Assembly: GCA_016932815.1 (NCBI GenBank)
Contig: JAFGCC010000017.1
Location: forward strand, 3,581 to 67,580
Reading direction: 5' to 3'
Length of the DNA stretch: 64,000 bases
Source of the DNA: Candidatus Micrarchaeota archaeon
Lineage (GTDB): Archaea; Micrarchaeota; Micrarchaeia; Anstonellales; Bilamarchaeaceae
Positions 9,652-18,863 of this stretch are shown one piece after another (positions within the stretch are counted from its first letter, which is position 1; each line of letters begins with the position of its first letter). Under the pieces are notes generated by a model, which saw only the letters and a program-made list of their open reading frames with translations, searched no databases and was not told the DNA's origin. The position numbers and the translations under genes are program-made.

Positions 9652-9792
9652 TCTCACGCTCATAGCCGGAAGCTTTCTGGGATTTTCCGGATGGAGCCCA
9701 TCTTCCGGTTTTCGTGTTCTTCTAGCACGGCAGGCTGGCGCAGTCAGTTCGTTTTTTAACGCTAATCCGCAATATCCCTATGAGGCAGGAAA

Positions 9793-10278
9793 ATGTCGCC
9801 GGGAAAAGAAAGGTTCCAGCTCACTTCCACCGAATGGAAAAACGTAAGCGGGGAGCTAGAAGCAAGGGGCTATTCGGACGGAAAGGACTATATGCTAATT
9901 GAGAAGCCGTTTACCTTCCAGGTGGTCGTGACCACTTCAAACGACGAGATAAAAGGCCTTCTCCAAAGAGCCGGCGCGGAAAACAAGGGGCAGGTGGAAC
10001 TCAAGATTATAGTCCCGGAGAGGACAGTGGATGAAATCGTGCTCTTAGGTGGAACCACCAAGGACGAGGCAATAGCCGCAATAGAAGAGAGCGAAGGCGG
10101 CTACAAATACCGCCACGGGGTGAATTTCAACATTGAAGAGCGCGGAGGGGAATTAAGGGTTTCCCCAACCGACGATACCAAAGCGTGGGGCGACCTCTCA
10201 GACCTCCTAACGGGGGACAACAACCCGGTAATGGCCTCAAGGGCGCAAGAGGGCAAGCGGAAGAAGGCAACAGTATAA
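9793..10278 (+). CDS. Orphan protein, paralog of 10333-11034
   Basis: Shares EW..V...L.A.G, DY and V...T...E.K.LL motifs with the next gene. Confidence 0.7.
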   Translation: MSPGKERFQLTSTEWKNVSGELEARGYSDGKDYMLIEKPFTFQVVVTTSNDEIKGLLQRAGAENKGQVELKIIVPERTVDEIVLLGGTTKDEAIAAIEESEGGYKYRHGVNFNIEERGGELRVSPTDDTKAWGDLSDLLTGDNNPVMASRAQEGKRKKATV

Positions 10279-10332
10279 TGGAATTCCCGGCACCATCCGC
10301 ATATTTTTTAAACTTCAAGCGGGTAAAAATAT

Positions 10333-11034
10333 ATGATATTCATGAATGCCCACCCGTTTTCATCTTACAGCGATGCCCCAGAAGGATACAGGATACTAAA
10401 GCGAGAATGGGCCATGGTGGAAAACGTGCTAAATGCAAAAGGCAAGTTCGGCCCAGGATTAGATGAAAACGGAAACGAAACCCGCGGGGACTACCGCACA
10501 GAAGAGCGCAATGAAAAAGTGGGCATGGCAAACGAAGACGTAATCATCCTGCGCACAGACGACCCGGAAGTAAAGAAGCTCCTAGGAGAGCTCAAGAGCA
10601 AATCCGAAGAGCCGCACCTCTCAAGAGTAACCCCCGAATCCACGCTTCTCCCCAAGCTTCCCTCAAACGCAATCAAGCCCCTAGGCGAGATAGAGCATTA
10701 CGAAGAATACGAAATGGCAACGGTAGCTCCCATGAGTGCAAGGGACGTAAGAAAGGCATTCGAACACTACAACCGCGAATACAGGGAGCTAAACGGATTT
10801 AGGAAAATGGATGGGCAGCTCACAGAAATCCTAGAAAAGCGCCACTACACCCTCCAGGAGATAAGGAGGGATGGGCAAACCCACACCATGATTATCCCAA
10901 GCGAAGACGCACAGAGGAGGGAGGAACTCGACCGCGCAATGAACTCCGGGGAAGTCCCCATCGGGAAGACCTATTCAACCGAAATCCCGCAGGCCGAATC
11001 CACGGATGCGGGGAAGAAGAAGCTTCGAAGATAA
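10333..11034 (+). CDS. Orphan protein, paralog of 9793-10278
   Basis: Shared motifs as above; purine-rich coding pattern; basic C-terminal tail. Confidence 0.7.
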   Translation: MIFMNAHPFSSYSDAPEGYRILKREWAMVENVLNAKGKFGPGLDENGNETRGDYRTEERNEKVGMANEDVIILRTDDPEVKKLLGELKSKSEEPHLSRVTPESTLLPKLPSNAIKPLGEIEHYEEYEMATVAPMSARDVRKAFEHYNREYRELNGFRKMDGQLTEILEKRHYTLQEIRRDGQTHTMIIPSEDAQRREELDRAMNSGEVPIGKTYSTEIPQAESTDAGKKKLRR

Positions 11035-11110
11035 ATGCGGCACGCATCCCATTTGCGCACCCATCTCAATATAGGCAGGTTTATAAACACCTTTATACAC
11101 ATTACAACAC

Positions 11111-11893
11111 ATGAAGGAGAGAGGGCTGCATAAGAATCCACATGCTCGTAGGGCAGCCCCCGCCAAAAACCGCGGCTTCAAAAAGCCCCTCCCGCTAATT
11201 TCAAGCCTCGCAACCGGGGCGCTCCTTGCAATAATTGGCTCCCAGATGTTCTGCAAGCCCAAGGAAATCCCCCAGAACCAGCCCCCAGGGCGCCCGGTCC
11301 CCGCAATGGCGGAGAATGAGGCTCACAACAGGATAGATTACCTAAAAACCCTGATTGCGCAGAGAAAGAAAATCATGCGCTCAGGCAGCCGCAGCGCATC
11401 CGCGCAGGATGATTTCGAATCCTACAATGAAAGCCTTGCTTATATGCGTGTCCCAGAATTAAAGAGGCAGTGGAAATACTACAATATGCTAGCTAGGGCC
11501 GGAGCCTCCCCCCTCACCCCTTCGGGTAAAATTGACTGGGAAGAAGCCGGGAAGAAGGCAAGGGAAGCAGAAGAGAGGAAGAACGCTGCGGGAAGGGAAA
11601 TCGCAAGGAGAAAAGAAGCAGGGGAAAACGTCCAAACTCCGAAGGAAGAAAACACCAACCCCGACCCGGAGTGGCTAGGGGAGCTGCAAACCAAGTCCCT
11701 AGAAGAGCTCGGAGCCCTCCTAAAAGAGGAAATCGATGCAGTAACCGATGCGGCAAAATACTATTCCGATTCGGTGCGCGAAGGCGACGAAGCTGCCGCA
11801 AGCGACGCATTAACTGAATTCGAGGAAGCCTCAAGGCACATGAGGGCAATCAAGGAAGAAGGAAACAGGAAAGCCCGCAGCGATTTGCACTAA
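11111..11893 (+). CDS. Membrane-anchored helical orphan protein, paralog of 12005-12796
   Basis: Basic N-terminus, one TM (LISSLATGALLAIIG), shared IPQ.P..RPVP and LK.L...RK..QDDF motifs; TATA-like TTTATA upstream. Confidence 0.7.
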   Translation: MKERGLHKNPHARRAAPAKNRGFKKPLPLISSLATGALLAIIGSQMFCKPKEIPQNQPPGRPVPAMAENEAHNRIDYLKTLIAQRKKIMRSGSRSASAQDDFESYNESLAYMRVPELKRQWKYYNMLARAGASPLTPSGKIDWEEAGKKAREAEERKNAAGREIARRKEAGENVQTPKEENTNPDPEWLGELQTKSLEELGALLKEEIDAVTDAAKYYSDSVREGDEAAASDALTEFEEASRHMRAIKEEGNRKARSDLH

Positions 11894-12004
11894 GGCGGGG
11901 AAGAGTGCAGGCGCCGTTCCGAATAGTCCCCCTCGATACGAATTTATTGGAAATTATGTATAAACGTGGGGTTTATAATGGCTATCCCACCCTATTATCA
12001 ACAT

Positions 12005-12796
12005 ATGGTGAGCCGCAGCCTGAACAAAATTCCAAGCCCCACAAGGCACAATCCCCCCGCCCAGAAGGCTAGATGGAAAAAACGGGCCGCCATGCTGGCT
12101 CCCCTCGTGGCAGCTGCGCTCGTTATCACACTTGGCAAATCCCGCTTGGGCAGCCACTCCCAGGGAATTCCCCAGGAGCCTGGGGGCAAGCGCCCCGTTC
12201 CGGGGAGTGCCGAAGGAAATCCGGATAAGGGGGAGAGGGGCAGGAAGGTGAATGCCCTGAAGTCCCTGCTAAAAACGAGGAAGCAATTGCAGGAAGCCAA
12301 AAGGCGCTTATCATCGGATGATTCCCAGGATGATTTCAAATTATGGAAGCGGGACCTGATGTTCAAGTCCCTGGAGGAACTGAACATGGAGTGGTGCCAC
12401 CAGACCTGGAGGATTCTGCACCCCCAAGAGTGCGCGCCCGGCCAATCGGATTGCGAAAATAGGGAAGAATCCGCGCAGGACCCCTGGGCAAGCAGGGAAG
12501 CAGTAGAAGAGGAGATGATAAAGAGGTGGGGCGAAGGCGAGCGGCCAGAAGAAAAGGAAAAAACAAACGAGCAGCGCAACTGGGCCGCAGCCCTAAAAGA
12601 GAGGACCGATTCCGAGATAGAATACTTCCTAGACGGAGAGCTCCGGCTGGCTTTGCGCGCAACAGACTATTACAACCTGGCAATTGAAGTGGGAAATGAA
12701 GATGCGGAAGCCGACGCACTCGGATATTCCGAAGACTCCGCATGGAGGCTAAAAGCCCTGATGCGCGAAGCAAGCGGCAGGAACCTAATCCAATAG
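12005..12796 (+). CDS. Membrane-anchored helical orphan protein, paralog of 11111-11893
   Basis: Basic N-terminus, TM AAMLAPLVAAALVITL, shared motifs. ATG 12005 chosen because it lies ~30 nt after TTTATAA. Confidence 0.65.
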   Translation: MVSRSLNKIPSPTRHNPPAQKARWKKRAAMLAPLVAAALVITLGKSRLGSHSQGIPQEPGGKRPVPGSAEGNPDKGERGRKVNALKSLLKTRKQLQEAKRRLSSDDSQDDFKLWKRDLMFKSLEELNMEWCHQTWRILHPQECAPGQSDCENREESAQDPWASREAVEEEMIKRWGEGERPEEKEKTNEQRNWAAALKERTDSEIEYFLDGELRLALRATDYYNLAIEVGNEDAEADALGYSEDSAWRLKALMREASGRNLIQ

Positions 12797-12806
12797 CCCC
12801 CAGGTT

Positions 12807-13775
12807 CTACTCGTTCTCCATCCCAAGAAGCATGATTTGCGCAAGCAAAGCCTCAATCTGTATGTGCTCGTTTGCCCCCTCAACCAGCCTAAAATCATAC
12901 TCCCCGACCTTGTCCACGAGCAAAACCTTCTTTTTCTCAGGTATCTCAAGGTTCACGATTTCCCTATAAATCTGCAGGATTATGTCCGAGCCGGACAGGC
13001 CATAGCGGGTGCTCAAATCCAGCAGCTTCCCCCGCGCATCAAGGAAGCGCCCGGAATAAGCCGCATCAACCATCTCCCGTATTTCCTTTGGGCGGGCCCT
13101 AGAAGAAATCTTGTAAACCAATTCCTCTGTAATCTTTTTTGAGTGTATCGCGGCCCCCTGCAATGCATTGGTGGCCTTCCTCATGTCCCCTCCGGAAACG
13201 TACGCAATTGCCTCTTCCGCCTTGGAATCAAGCTCAAGCCCCTCCCCGGATGCGATGTGCTTTAGCATCTTGTGGATTTGCGCATCGGTCAAAGGAAGGA
13301 AGCGGAACACCGCGCACCTGCTCTGCACAGGCTCGATTATTTTGGAGGAATAGTTGCAGGATAGTATGAAGCGGGTAACAGAAGAATACACCTCCATCGT
13401 CCTCCTGAGGGCGTGCTGCGCATCAGGAGTAAGGGCGTCCGCTTCATCTAGGAAAATCAGCTTGAACGGAACGTTCCCAATCGCAACGCTGCGCGCAAAG
13501 TCCTTGATTTTTCCGCGCACTATGTTTATCCCGCGCTCATCGGAGGCGTTCAATTCAAGGAGGCTCCCCTCGCTATGCTTTCCACACAAGTCGCGCGCAA
13601 GGGCAAGGGTTGCGGTGGTCTTGCCGATTCCGGGCGGCCCCGCAAAGAGCATGTTCGGCATGTTCCTAGCCTCAACAAAAGCCTTCAATGAATTTACCGT
13701 TTCTTCCTGCCCCACGACTTCGGAGAGGGTCTTGGGGCGGTATTTCTCCGTCCAAGGCAAAAATTCCGATTCCAT
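12807..13775 (-). CDS. rfcS: Replication factor C small subunit
   Basis: PWTEKYRP, GPPGIGKTT, ELNASDERG, LDEAD, QSRC, GDMRK. Start corrected to MESEF. Confidence 0.96.
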   Translation of the reverse strand: MESEFLPWTEKYRPKTLSEVVGQEETVNSLKAFVEARNMPNMLFAGPPGIGKTTATLALARDLCGKHSEGSLLELNASDERGINIVRGKIKDFARSVAIGNVPFKLIFLDEADALTPDAQHALRRTMEVYSSVTRFILSCNYSSKIIEPVQSRCAVFRFLPLTDAQIHKMLKHIASGEGLELDSKAEEAIAYVSGGDMRKATNALQGAAIHSKKITEELVYKISSRARPKEIREMVDAAYSGRFLDARGKLLDLSTRYGLSGSDIILQIYREIVNLEIPEKKKVLLVDKVGEYDFRLVEGANEHIQIEALLAQIMLLGMENE

Positions 13776-13860
13776 AAATATGCACCCACTTTGATAATTC
13801 CGCTTTTTCGGTAAATAAGAATATAAAGATTGTCCATGAAGTTCCCATACAGTGGTCATT

Positions 13861-14547
13861 ATGGACAGAGTGGAAACAGGAATATCAGGCCTCGATGAAG
13901 TTTTGGACGGGGGAATCCCAGTGCACAGGCACGTTGCCCTAAACGGCGGCCCCGGAGCATGCAAAACATCATTTTCATTTGAATACATATACAGGGGGGC
14001 GCAGAAAGGCGAAAACGGAATCTACATCACCCTGGAAGAAACCCCCGAAGACATAATCGAGAACATGACAGAGAGCTTCCCTGGCTTCAAGGACATGCAG
14101 CAGCTAATAGACGATGGCAAGCTGGAAATCGTGAAGCCGGACAAGCTCCTCCTAGAAGACATCGCAGAACTCCTAGAAGACCGGATTGCCAAAAACGACA
14201 TCAAGCGCGCGGTAATAGACTCTGCTACCATGATAAAGCTCGCGTTCAAGGACCCATCCGAATACCGCCAGACCATGTTCGAGTTCTTCTCGCTATTGCG
14301 CAACCTGGACATAACCGCAATCATGGTCGTAGAAGCCCCGAACCAGGACCTCGCAAGCTCCGCATTCGAAATTGAGCACTTCGTCATGGACGGAATCATA
14401 AACCTCTACAACCTCGGAAAAGCCGACCAGAGGGTAAAGGCCGTGGAAGTCTACAAGATGAGGGGAACCAACCACAGGAGGGAAAAAATACCCTTCAAGG
14501 TAACCCCCAACGGCATAAAGGTCTTCGTGGGCGAGAAGGTCTTTTGA
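13861..14547 (+). CDS. KaiC/RAD55-like single-domain RecA-family ATPase
   Basis: RVETGISGLD, variant Walker A GGPGACKT, YITLEE, AVIDS, YKMRGT, PFKVTPNGI. GTG 13852 is an alternative start. Confidence 0.88.
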   Translation: MDRVETGISGLDEVLDGGIPVHRHVALNGGPGACKTSFSFEYIYRGAQKGENGIYITLEETPEDIIENMTESFPGFKDMQQLIDDGKLEIVKPDKLLLEDIAELLEDRIAKNDIKRAVIDSATMIKLAFKDPSEYRQTMFEFFSLLRNLDITAIMVVEAPNQDLASSAFEIEHFVMDGIINLYNLGKADQRVKAVEVYKMRGTNHRREKIPFKVTPNGIKVFVGEKVF

Positions 14548-14594
14548 AGAAGCCCGCCCATCAAGCCAATAACGGCCCCGGAGCATCTTTTGCA

Positions 14595-14622
14595 ATGGGA
14601 CGTCCCTTTTATTTCCTTTTCC
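14595..14622 (+). repeat. 28-bp direct repeat, left copy
   Basis: ATGGGACGTCCCTTTTATTTCCTTTTCC, 26/28 identical to 14765-14792. Confidence 0.9.
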
Positions 14623-14624
14623 CC

Positions 14625-14764
14625 GAACCGCGGAGGGGGAGCGCCCCCTCCCTCTTAGAAATCTGCGGATTTCTTCTCGTGAGCAGAGCTCACGACAGTT
14701 TGAGGGTTCGCCTCTTTGAGGCGAGTTGGAACCGAAGGTTCCCAGACTTCCTGACCCTCCCCCC
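14625..14764 (+). mobile_element. Multi-hairpin structured element, copy 1 (candidate MITE or ncRNA)
   Basis: Five perfect 6-8 bp hairpins; homologous to 43457-43551 with compensatory changes; flanked by 28-bp direct repeats. Confidence 0.65.
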
Positions 14765-14792
14765 ATGAGACATCCCTTTTATTTCCTTTTCC
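14765..14792 (+). repeat. 28-bp direct repeat, right copy
   Basis: ATGAGACATCCCTTTTATTTCCTTTTCC. Confidence 0.9.
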
Positions 14793-14860
14793 GTTCTATT
14801 ATTCAGAGATACTATAGATAATCTGCATGTTTTAGCGGTATCCCAAAAGGTGCATCCAAA

Positions 14861-17707
14861 ATGTATAATCACAAGGAAGTTGAAAAAGAAGTCCTGGATT
14901 TCTGGGAGAAAAACGGGATTTACGAGAAAGTCAAAGCCTCAAGAAAAGGCGGAGAGAGCTACTATTTCTGCGACGGCCCCCCCTACGCAACGGGCCAAAT
15001 CCACCCCGGAACCGGATGGAACAAGTGCACAAAGGATGCAATCTGCCGCTTCCAGAGGGGCAGGGGAAAAAGCGTAAGAGTCCAGCCCGGATTCGACACC
15101 CACGGCCTCCCAATAGAGGTGAAAGTGGAAAAAGAGCTTGGCATAAAGAACAAGCAGGAGATAGAAACCTACGGAGTTGGAAAGTTCATCTCCAAATGCA
15201 AGGAGTTCGCAACCAAGTACGTCGGGGTAATGGGAAACCAGTTCCGCTCCTTAGGAGTCTGGATGGACTGGGACAACCCATACATAACCTACAAGGACGA
15301 TTACATAGAAGCGTCATGGGACGTGATAGCAAAAGCGAACGAGGCAGGGCTTCTCAGCCAGGGAGTCTATGTCCTCCCCTACTGCTTTAGGTGCGAAACC
15401 ACCATGGCCAATTACGAACTTGAATACGCGGACGAAACAGACCCCAGCATATTCGTTCGGTTCCGCATAAAAGAGCGCGACAACGAATTCCTAATAATCT
15501 GGACGACCACCCCCTGGACGCTGGTTGCGAACATGGCGGTAATGGTGCACCCCAACCTTCCGTATGTGAGGATAAAAGTGGGAAACGAGGTCTGGATTGT
15601 CGCAAAGGACCGCCTAGACTACATATTGGAACTAACAGGCGAAACGGGAACGGTCCTAGAAGAATTCATCGGCAAGAAGCTTGAGAAAGTAGGATACGAG
15701 CACCCCCTCTGCCACGCAATTGAGAAGGAGGCGGACCGCCAGGTTGTCCTAAGCGACGAATACGTTACCCTGGAAGAGGGAAGCGGCCTTGTGCACTGCG
15801 CGCCCGGCCACGGGCCAGAAGACTTCATAATCGGAAAAAGGTTTGGCATCGAGCCTTTCTGCCCGGTAGATGGGCAGGGCAATTACACCAAGGAGGCAGG
15901 AGCCCTGGCCGGAAAGAACGTGCGCTCCCAGAATCCCGTGATAATCAAGATGCTAGATGAGGTGGGCCTCCTCCTCAAAGAAGGCAGGATAAAGCACCGC
16001 TACCCGCACTGCTGGAGGTGCAAGACGCCGCTTATTTTCCGCACCACAAAGCAGTGGTTCATAACGATTTCAAAGCTGAAAGACAAGATGCAGCAGGAAA
16101 TATCCAACACCGCGTGGCACCCCGAATTTGCAAGGAGCCGCTTCTCCGATTTCGTGCGGGACGCGCCAGACTGGTGCATCTCCCGCCAGAGGTACTGGGG
16201 AATCCCGCTTCCAATCTGGCAGTGCGAATGCGGGGAGCGCAAGGTCGTTTCCAGCAGGAAGGAGCTTGGCGAAATAGAGGAGCTCCACCGCCCCTACATA
16301 GATGAGAAGAAATTCAAGTGCGAAAAATGCAAGAAGGAGATGCACAGGGTTCCCGACGTATTGGACGTATGGTTTGATTCGGGCAACGCGGTCTGGGCAT
16401 CCCTGGACAAAAAAGAGCGCGAACAATACTCGCAGGCGGACTGCATCCTAGAAGGCCAGGACCAGATAAGAGGGTGGTTCTATTCGCTCCTGGGCTCAGG
16501 GGTAGTAAAATACGGCAAGTGCCCATACAAGCGCGTCTTAATGCACGGATTCTTCGTGGATGAAAAGGGCGAGAAGATGAGCAAGTCCGTTGGCAATTTC
16601 ATCCCGATTGAGGAGATCCTAGAAAAATACGGCGCGGATTCGTTTAGGCTCTGGGGGCTCTCCAACACCCTGCATGAAGAGCAGAAGTTCAACTGGATTT
16701 CGCTGAAAGAGGCCCACGGAACCCTGGATGTCCTCTTCAACATGTACGTTTATCTTAGCCGCTTCTATCCGGAAAAGAAGATAATGCAGGCCAACCTGGA
16801 AAAAGAAGACAAGTGGATACTATCCCGGCTCAACAACTGCCGCAAGCAGTTCAACGCGGCATTTGAGCGCTACGAGATGAACGATGGGGTAAAGGCCCTG
16901 AGGAATTTCCTTGTGGAGGATTTGAGCAAGTTCTACATGAAAGTGGTAAAAGAGAGGATTGCAAAAGGCGAAGGCGAAGGGGCATTGTTCGCGGTTTATT
17001 CCTCGCTCCTGGGAGTCCTTAAAATGCTCTCGGTAATCTCGCCTTTCCTCCCCGAATACGTCTACCAGCAGTTCTACAAGAAGCACGAGGGAGAAGAATC
17101 AATATCCTTATATCCGCTGGCGGAAACCCGTGATGGGGAGATAAACCCGCTCCTAGAAAAGCAGTTTGAGTGCGCAAAGGAACTGGTGTCCTCCTTCCTG
17201 GAGTTGCGCCAGCAGAACAAGGTAAAGCTGCGCTGGCCGCTCGCGTGCGCCCACTTCCAGTCCGATTCGCACGAAATGGTCGATTCGGTCAACAACCTCT
17301 CTTCAATAATCTGCAGGCTGGTCAACGTGAAAGAGGTATCAGCCAGCGAGGAGCCCCTGGAATTCCCCTGCGCGGACTGCCCAGGAGGCAGGATTTACCT
17401 TGACTGCACGATGACGCAGGAGCTCTACTCCGAGGCAATATCAAACGAGATAAGCCGCAGGATACAGATGCTCCGCAAGGGCCTCGGGCTAGTGGAAAAG
17501 GACAAGGTCAAAGTGAAGCTGGATGCCACAGGAGAATTCCGCACGATAGTGGAGGAGAAAATGGAATCCATGCTCGCTTCCACCAACTCCGAATCAATAG
17601 AGTTCGCAGACCTCGCAGAGACAGGTGCGAAATCCTGGGATATAGACGGAAGGAACGTAGCCCTGGAAGTAGAGAAGGTAGAACCCAAAAAAGGCTCCAA
17701 AAAGTAG
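14861..17707 (+). CDS. ileS: Isoleucyl-tRNA synthetase
   Basis: DGPPYATGQIHPGT (HIGH variant), GFDTHGLP, WTTTPWTL, WCISRQRYWG, EGQDQIRGWF, KMSKS. Confidence 0.96.
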   Translation: MYNHKEVEKEVLDFWEKNGIYEKVKASRKGGESYYFCDGPPYATGQIHPGTGWNKCTKDAICRFQRGRGKSVRVQPGFDTHGLPIEVKVEKELGIKNKQEIETYGVGKFISKCKEFATKYVGVMGNQFRSLGVWMDWDNPYITYKDDYIEASWDVIAKANEAGLLSQGVYVLPYCFRCETTMANYELEYADETDPSIFVRFRIKERDNEFLIIWTTTPWTLVANMAVMVHPNLPYVRIKVGNEVWIVAKDRLDYILELTGETGTVLEEFIGKKLEKVGYEHPLCHAIEKEADRQVVLSDEYVTLEEGSGLVHCAPGHGPEDFIIGKRFGIEPFCPVDGQGNYTKEAGALAGKNVRSQNPVIIKMLDEVGLLLKEGRIKHRYPHCWRCKTPLIFRTTKQWFITISKLKDKMQQEISNTAWHPEFARSRFSDFVRDAPDWCISRQRYWGIPLPIWQCECGERKVVSSRKELGEIEELHRPYIDEKKFKCEKCKKEMHRVPDVLDVWFDSGNAVWASLDKKEREQYSQADCILEGQDQIRGWFYSLLGSGVVKYGKCPYKRVLMHGFFVDEKGEKMSKSVGNFIPIEEILEKYGADSFRLWGLSNTLHEEQKFNWISLKEAHGTLDVLFNMYVYLSRFYPEKKIMQANLEKEDKWILSRLNNCRKQFNAAFERYEMNDGVKALRNFLVEDLSKFYMKVVKERIAKGEGEGALFAVYSSLLGVLKMLSVISPFLPEYVYQQFYKKHEGEESISLYPLAETRDGEINPLLEKQFECAKELVSSFLELRQQNKVKLRWPLACAHFQSDSHEMVDSVNNLSSIICRLVNVKEVSASEEPLEFPCADCPGGRIYLDCTMTQELYSEAISNEISRRIQMLRKGLGLVEKDKVKVKLDATGEFRTIVEEKMESMLASTNSESIEFADLAETGAKSWDIDGRNVALEVEKVEPKKGSKK

Positions 17708-17740
17708 CCCCAAAAAGCGAATTGAAAAAGAGCGCTATTT

Positions 17741-17935
17741 TTATGCGCTCTTGAATTTCTTCCTTTTGTCCATTGCGGACCAGCAGTCCTTGCAGATGTA
17801 TAGCTTTCCGCCCTTTCCTGCCCTCTTTGAGCTTTTTATGCAGGAAACGCAGCACATCTTTTTGCAGTAGTCGCATTTGTCGAGTTTTGCGATTTTCCCG
17901 CCGCATCTTTCACAAACCATAATCGCCATAAACAT
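17741..17935 (-). CDS. Small Cys-rich zinc-finger protein
   Basis: Four CxxC pairs (CERC, CDYC, CVSC, CKDC); exact start uncertain. Confidence 0.7.
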   Translation of the reverse strand: MFMAIMVCERCGGKIAKLDKCDYCKKMCCVSCIKSSKRAGKGGKLYICKDCWSAMDKRKKFKSA

Positions 17936-18004
17936 ACCTCTGGTAATGTAGGTTTCTATTCTTGCTTCAAAAGGTATTTAAAAGGTTGCAGGATATTCCA
18001 CTTC

Positions 18005-18439
18005 ATGGAGGAGATAACCAAGAGCCTCATATTCGCATTCCTGCTCCTATTAATCCTCTACTTATTCGGAACGCTCGTCTACCACAACCTGGAAGGCTGG
18101 AGCTGGGTGGACTGCCTCTACTTCATGACCGCGACGTTCACAACCGTCGGGTATGGGGACCTTGTCCCAACAAGCGACGCGGCGAAAATCTTCACCGTAT
18201 TCTTTATGTGGACCGGGATTTCAATCGGCTTCTACATGATATACACGATTTCCAAGTACCGCGAGGAGAAAATAGACCACCCGTTCCTCTCGTTCATCGG
18301 AAGGATTACCGACCGGGATCCCCGCAAGTCCCACAAGAGGATTCCCATGGACATGAAGCGCGTAGTGTATCCCGCGTATACCGGCACCACGGTCCTGGGG
18401 AAAACCCGCGCGCCTAAGAAGTATAAAAAGAAGCAGTAA
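18005..18439 (+). CDS. Minimal two-TM potassium channel, no RCK domain
   Basis: TTVGYGD selectivity filter between two TM helices. Confidence 0.9.
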   Translation: MEEITKSLIFAFLLLLILYLFGTLVYHNLEGWSWVDCLYFMTATFTTVGYGDLVPTSDAAKIFTVFFMWTGISIGFYMIYTISKYREEKIDHPFLSFIGRITDRDPRKSHKRIPMDMKRVVYPAYTGTTVLGKTRAPKKYKKKQ

Positions 18440-18821
18440 TCCGCGCACTCCTTATTATCGCGCTGACTCCCGTGGAGAATGCAAAAGCGAGTATGAGCCC
18501 CATCCCGCTAAGATAGTAGATTGCCAGCCACAAAACCGGAAACGCCATCCCCTTTAGGAGCTCCCCCACAATCCCCTCTTCAAGCGCTTCTTTTTGTTTT
18601 TTGGAGAGGCCCTTTAGGAATATGAGCATTTCGCCCATGCACACAGCTCCCGCCCCGATTATTGCGAGGGAGAAATCCCCTCCCCCGATTATGGAGTATG
18701 CCCCAAAGAGCAGGATTAGCCCCCCAATCCAGCTAACAACCCCTCCTGCCGCCCCGACTCCCCCCTTTAGGATTCCCCCTGCCGCTTCCCCAACCTTTCC
18801 TGTTATCCCCTCTTCCCGCAT
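18414..18821 (-). CDS. Small hypothetical membrane protein
   Basis: About four Gly-rich hydrophobic segments; follows eno on the same strand. Confidence 0.6.
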   Translation of the reverse strand: MREEGITGKVGEAAGGILKGGVGAAGGVVSWIGGLILLFGAYSIIGGGDFSLAIIGAGAVCMGEMLIFLKGLSKKQKEALEEGIVGELLKGMAFPVLWLAIYYLSGMGLILAFAFSTGVSAIIRSARITASFYTS

Positions 18822-18863
18822 AATTTCGCCTTCCAGAGTGCCCCGGCTCCATCTCCCCGGGCT

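Noticed and set aside
9542-12796. Integrated element at tRNA-Glu
   Set aside because: The orphan cluster lies on the tRNA 5' side; no integrase and no duplicated tRNA fragment were seen.
14625-14764. RNase P RNA or SRP RNA
   Set aside because: Too short; no P4 consensus pair or SRP helix-8 motif found on either strand; a second diverged copy exists.
14595-14792. CRISPR mini-array (two 28-bp repeats)
   Set aside because: Only two repeats, the 142-nt interval is far longer than a spacer and is itself structured, and no cas genes are in the window.
14293-14872. ORFs 14293-14766 (-), 14544-14768 (+) and 14690-14872 (-), including an eS30-like MSHGGRVRK peptide
   Set aside because: They run across the GC-rich hairpin element or overlap real genes; the eS30 resemblance ends after a few residues.
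14978-15013. IleRS HIGH motif reads HPGT
   Set aside because: HxGT-type variants are within the normal range for archaeal IleRS and all other motifs are intact.
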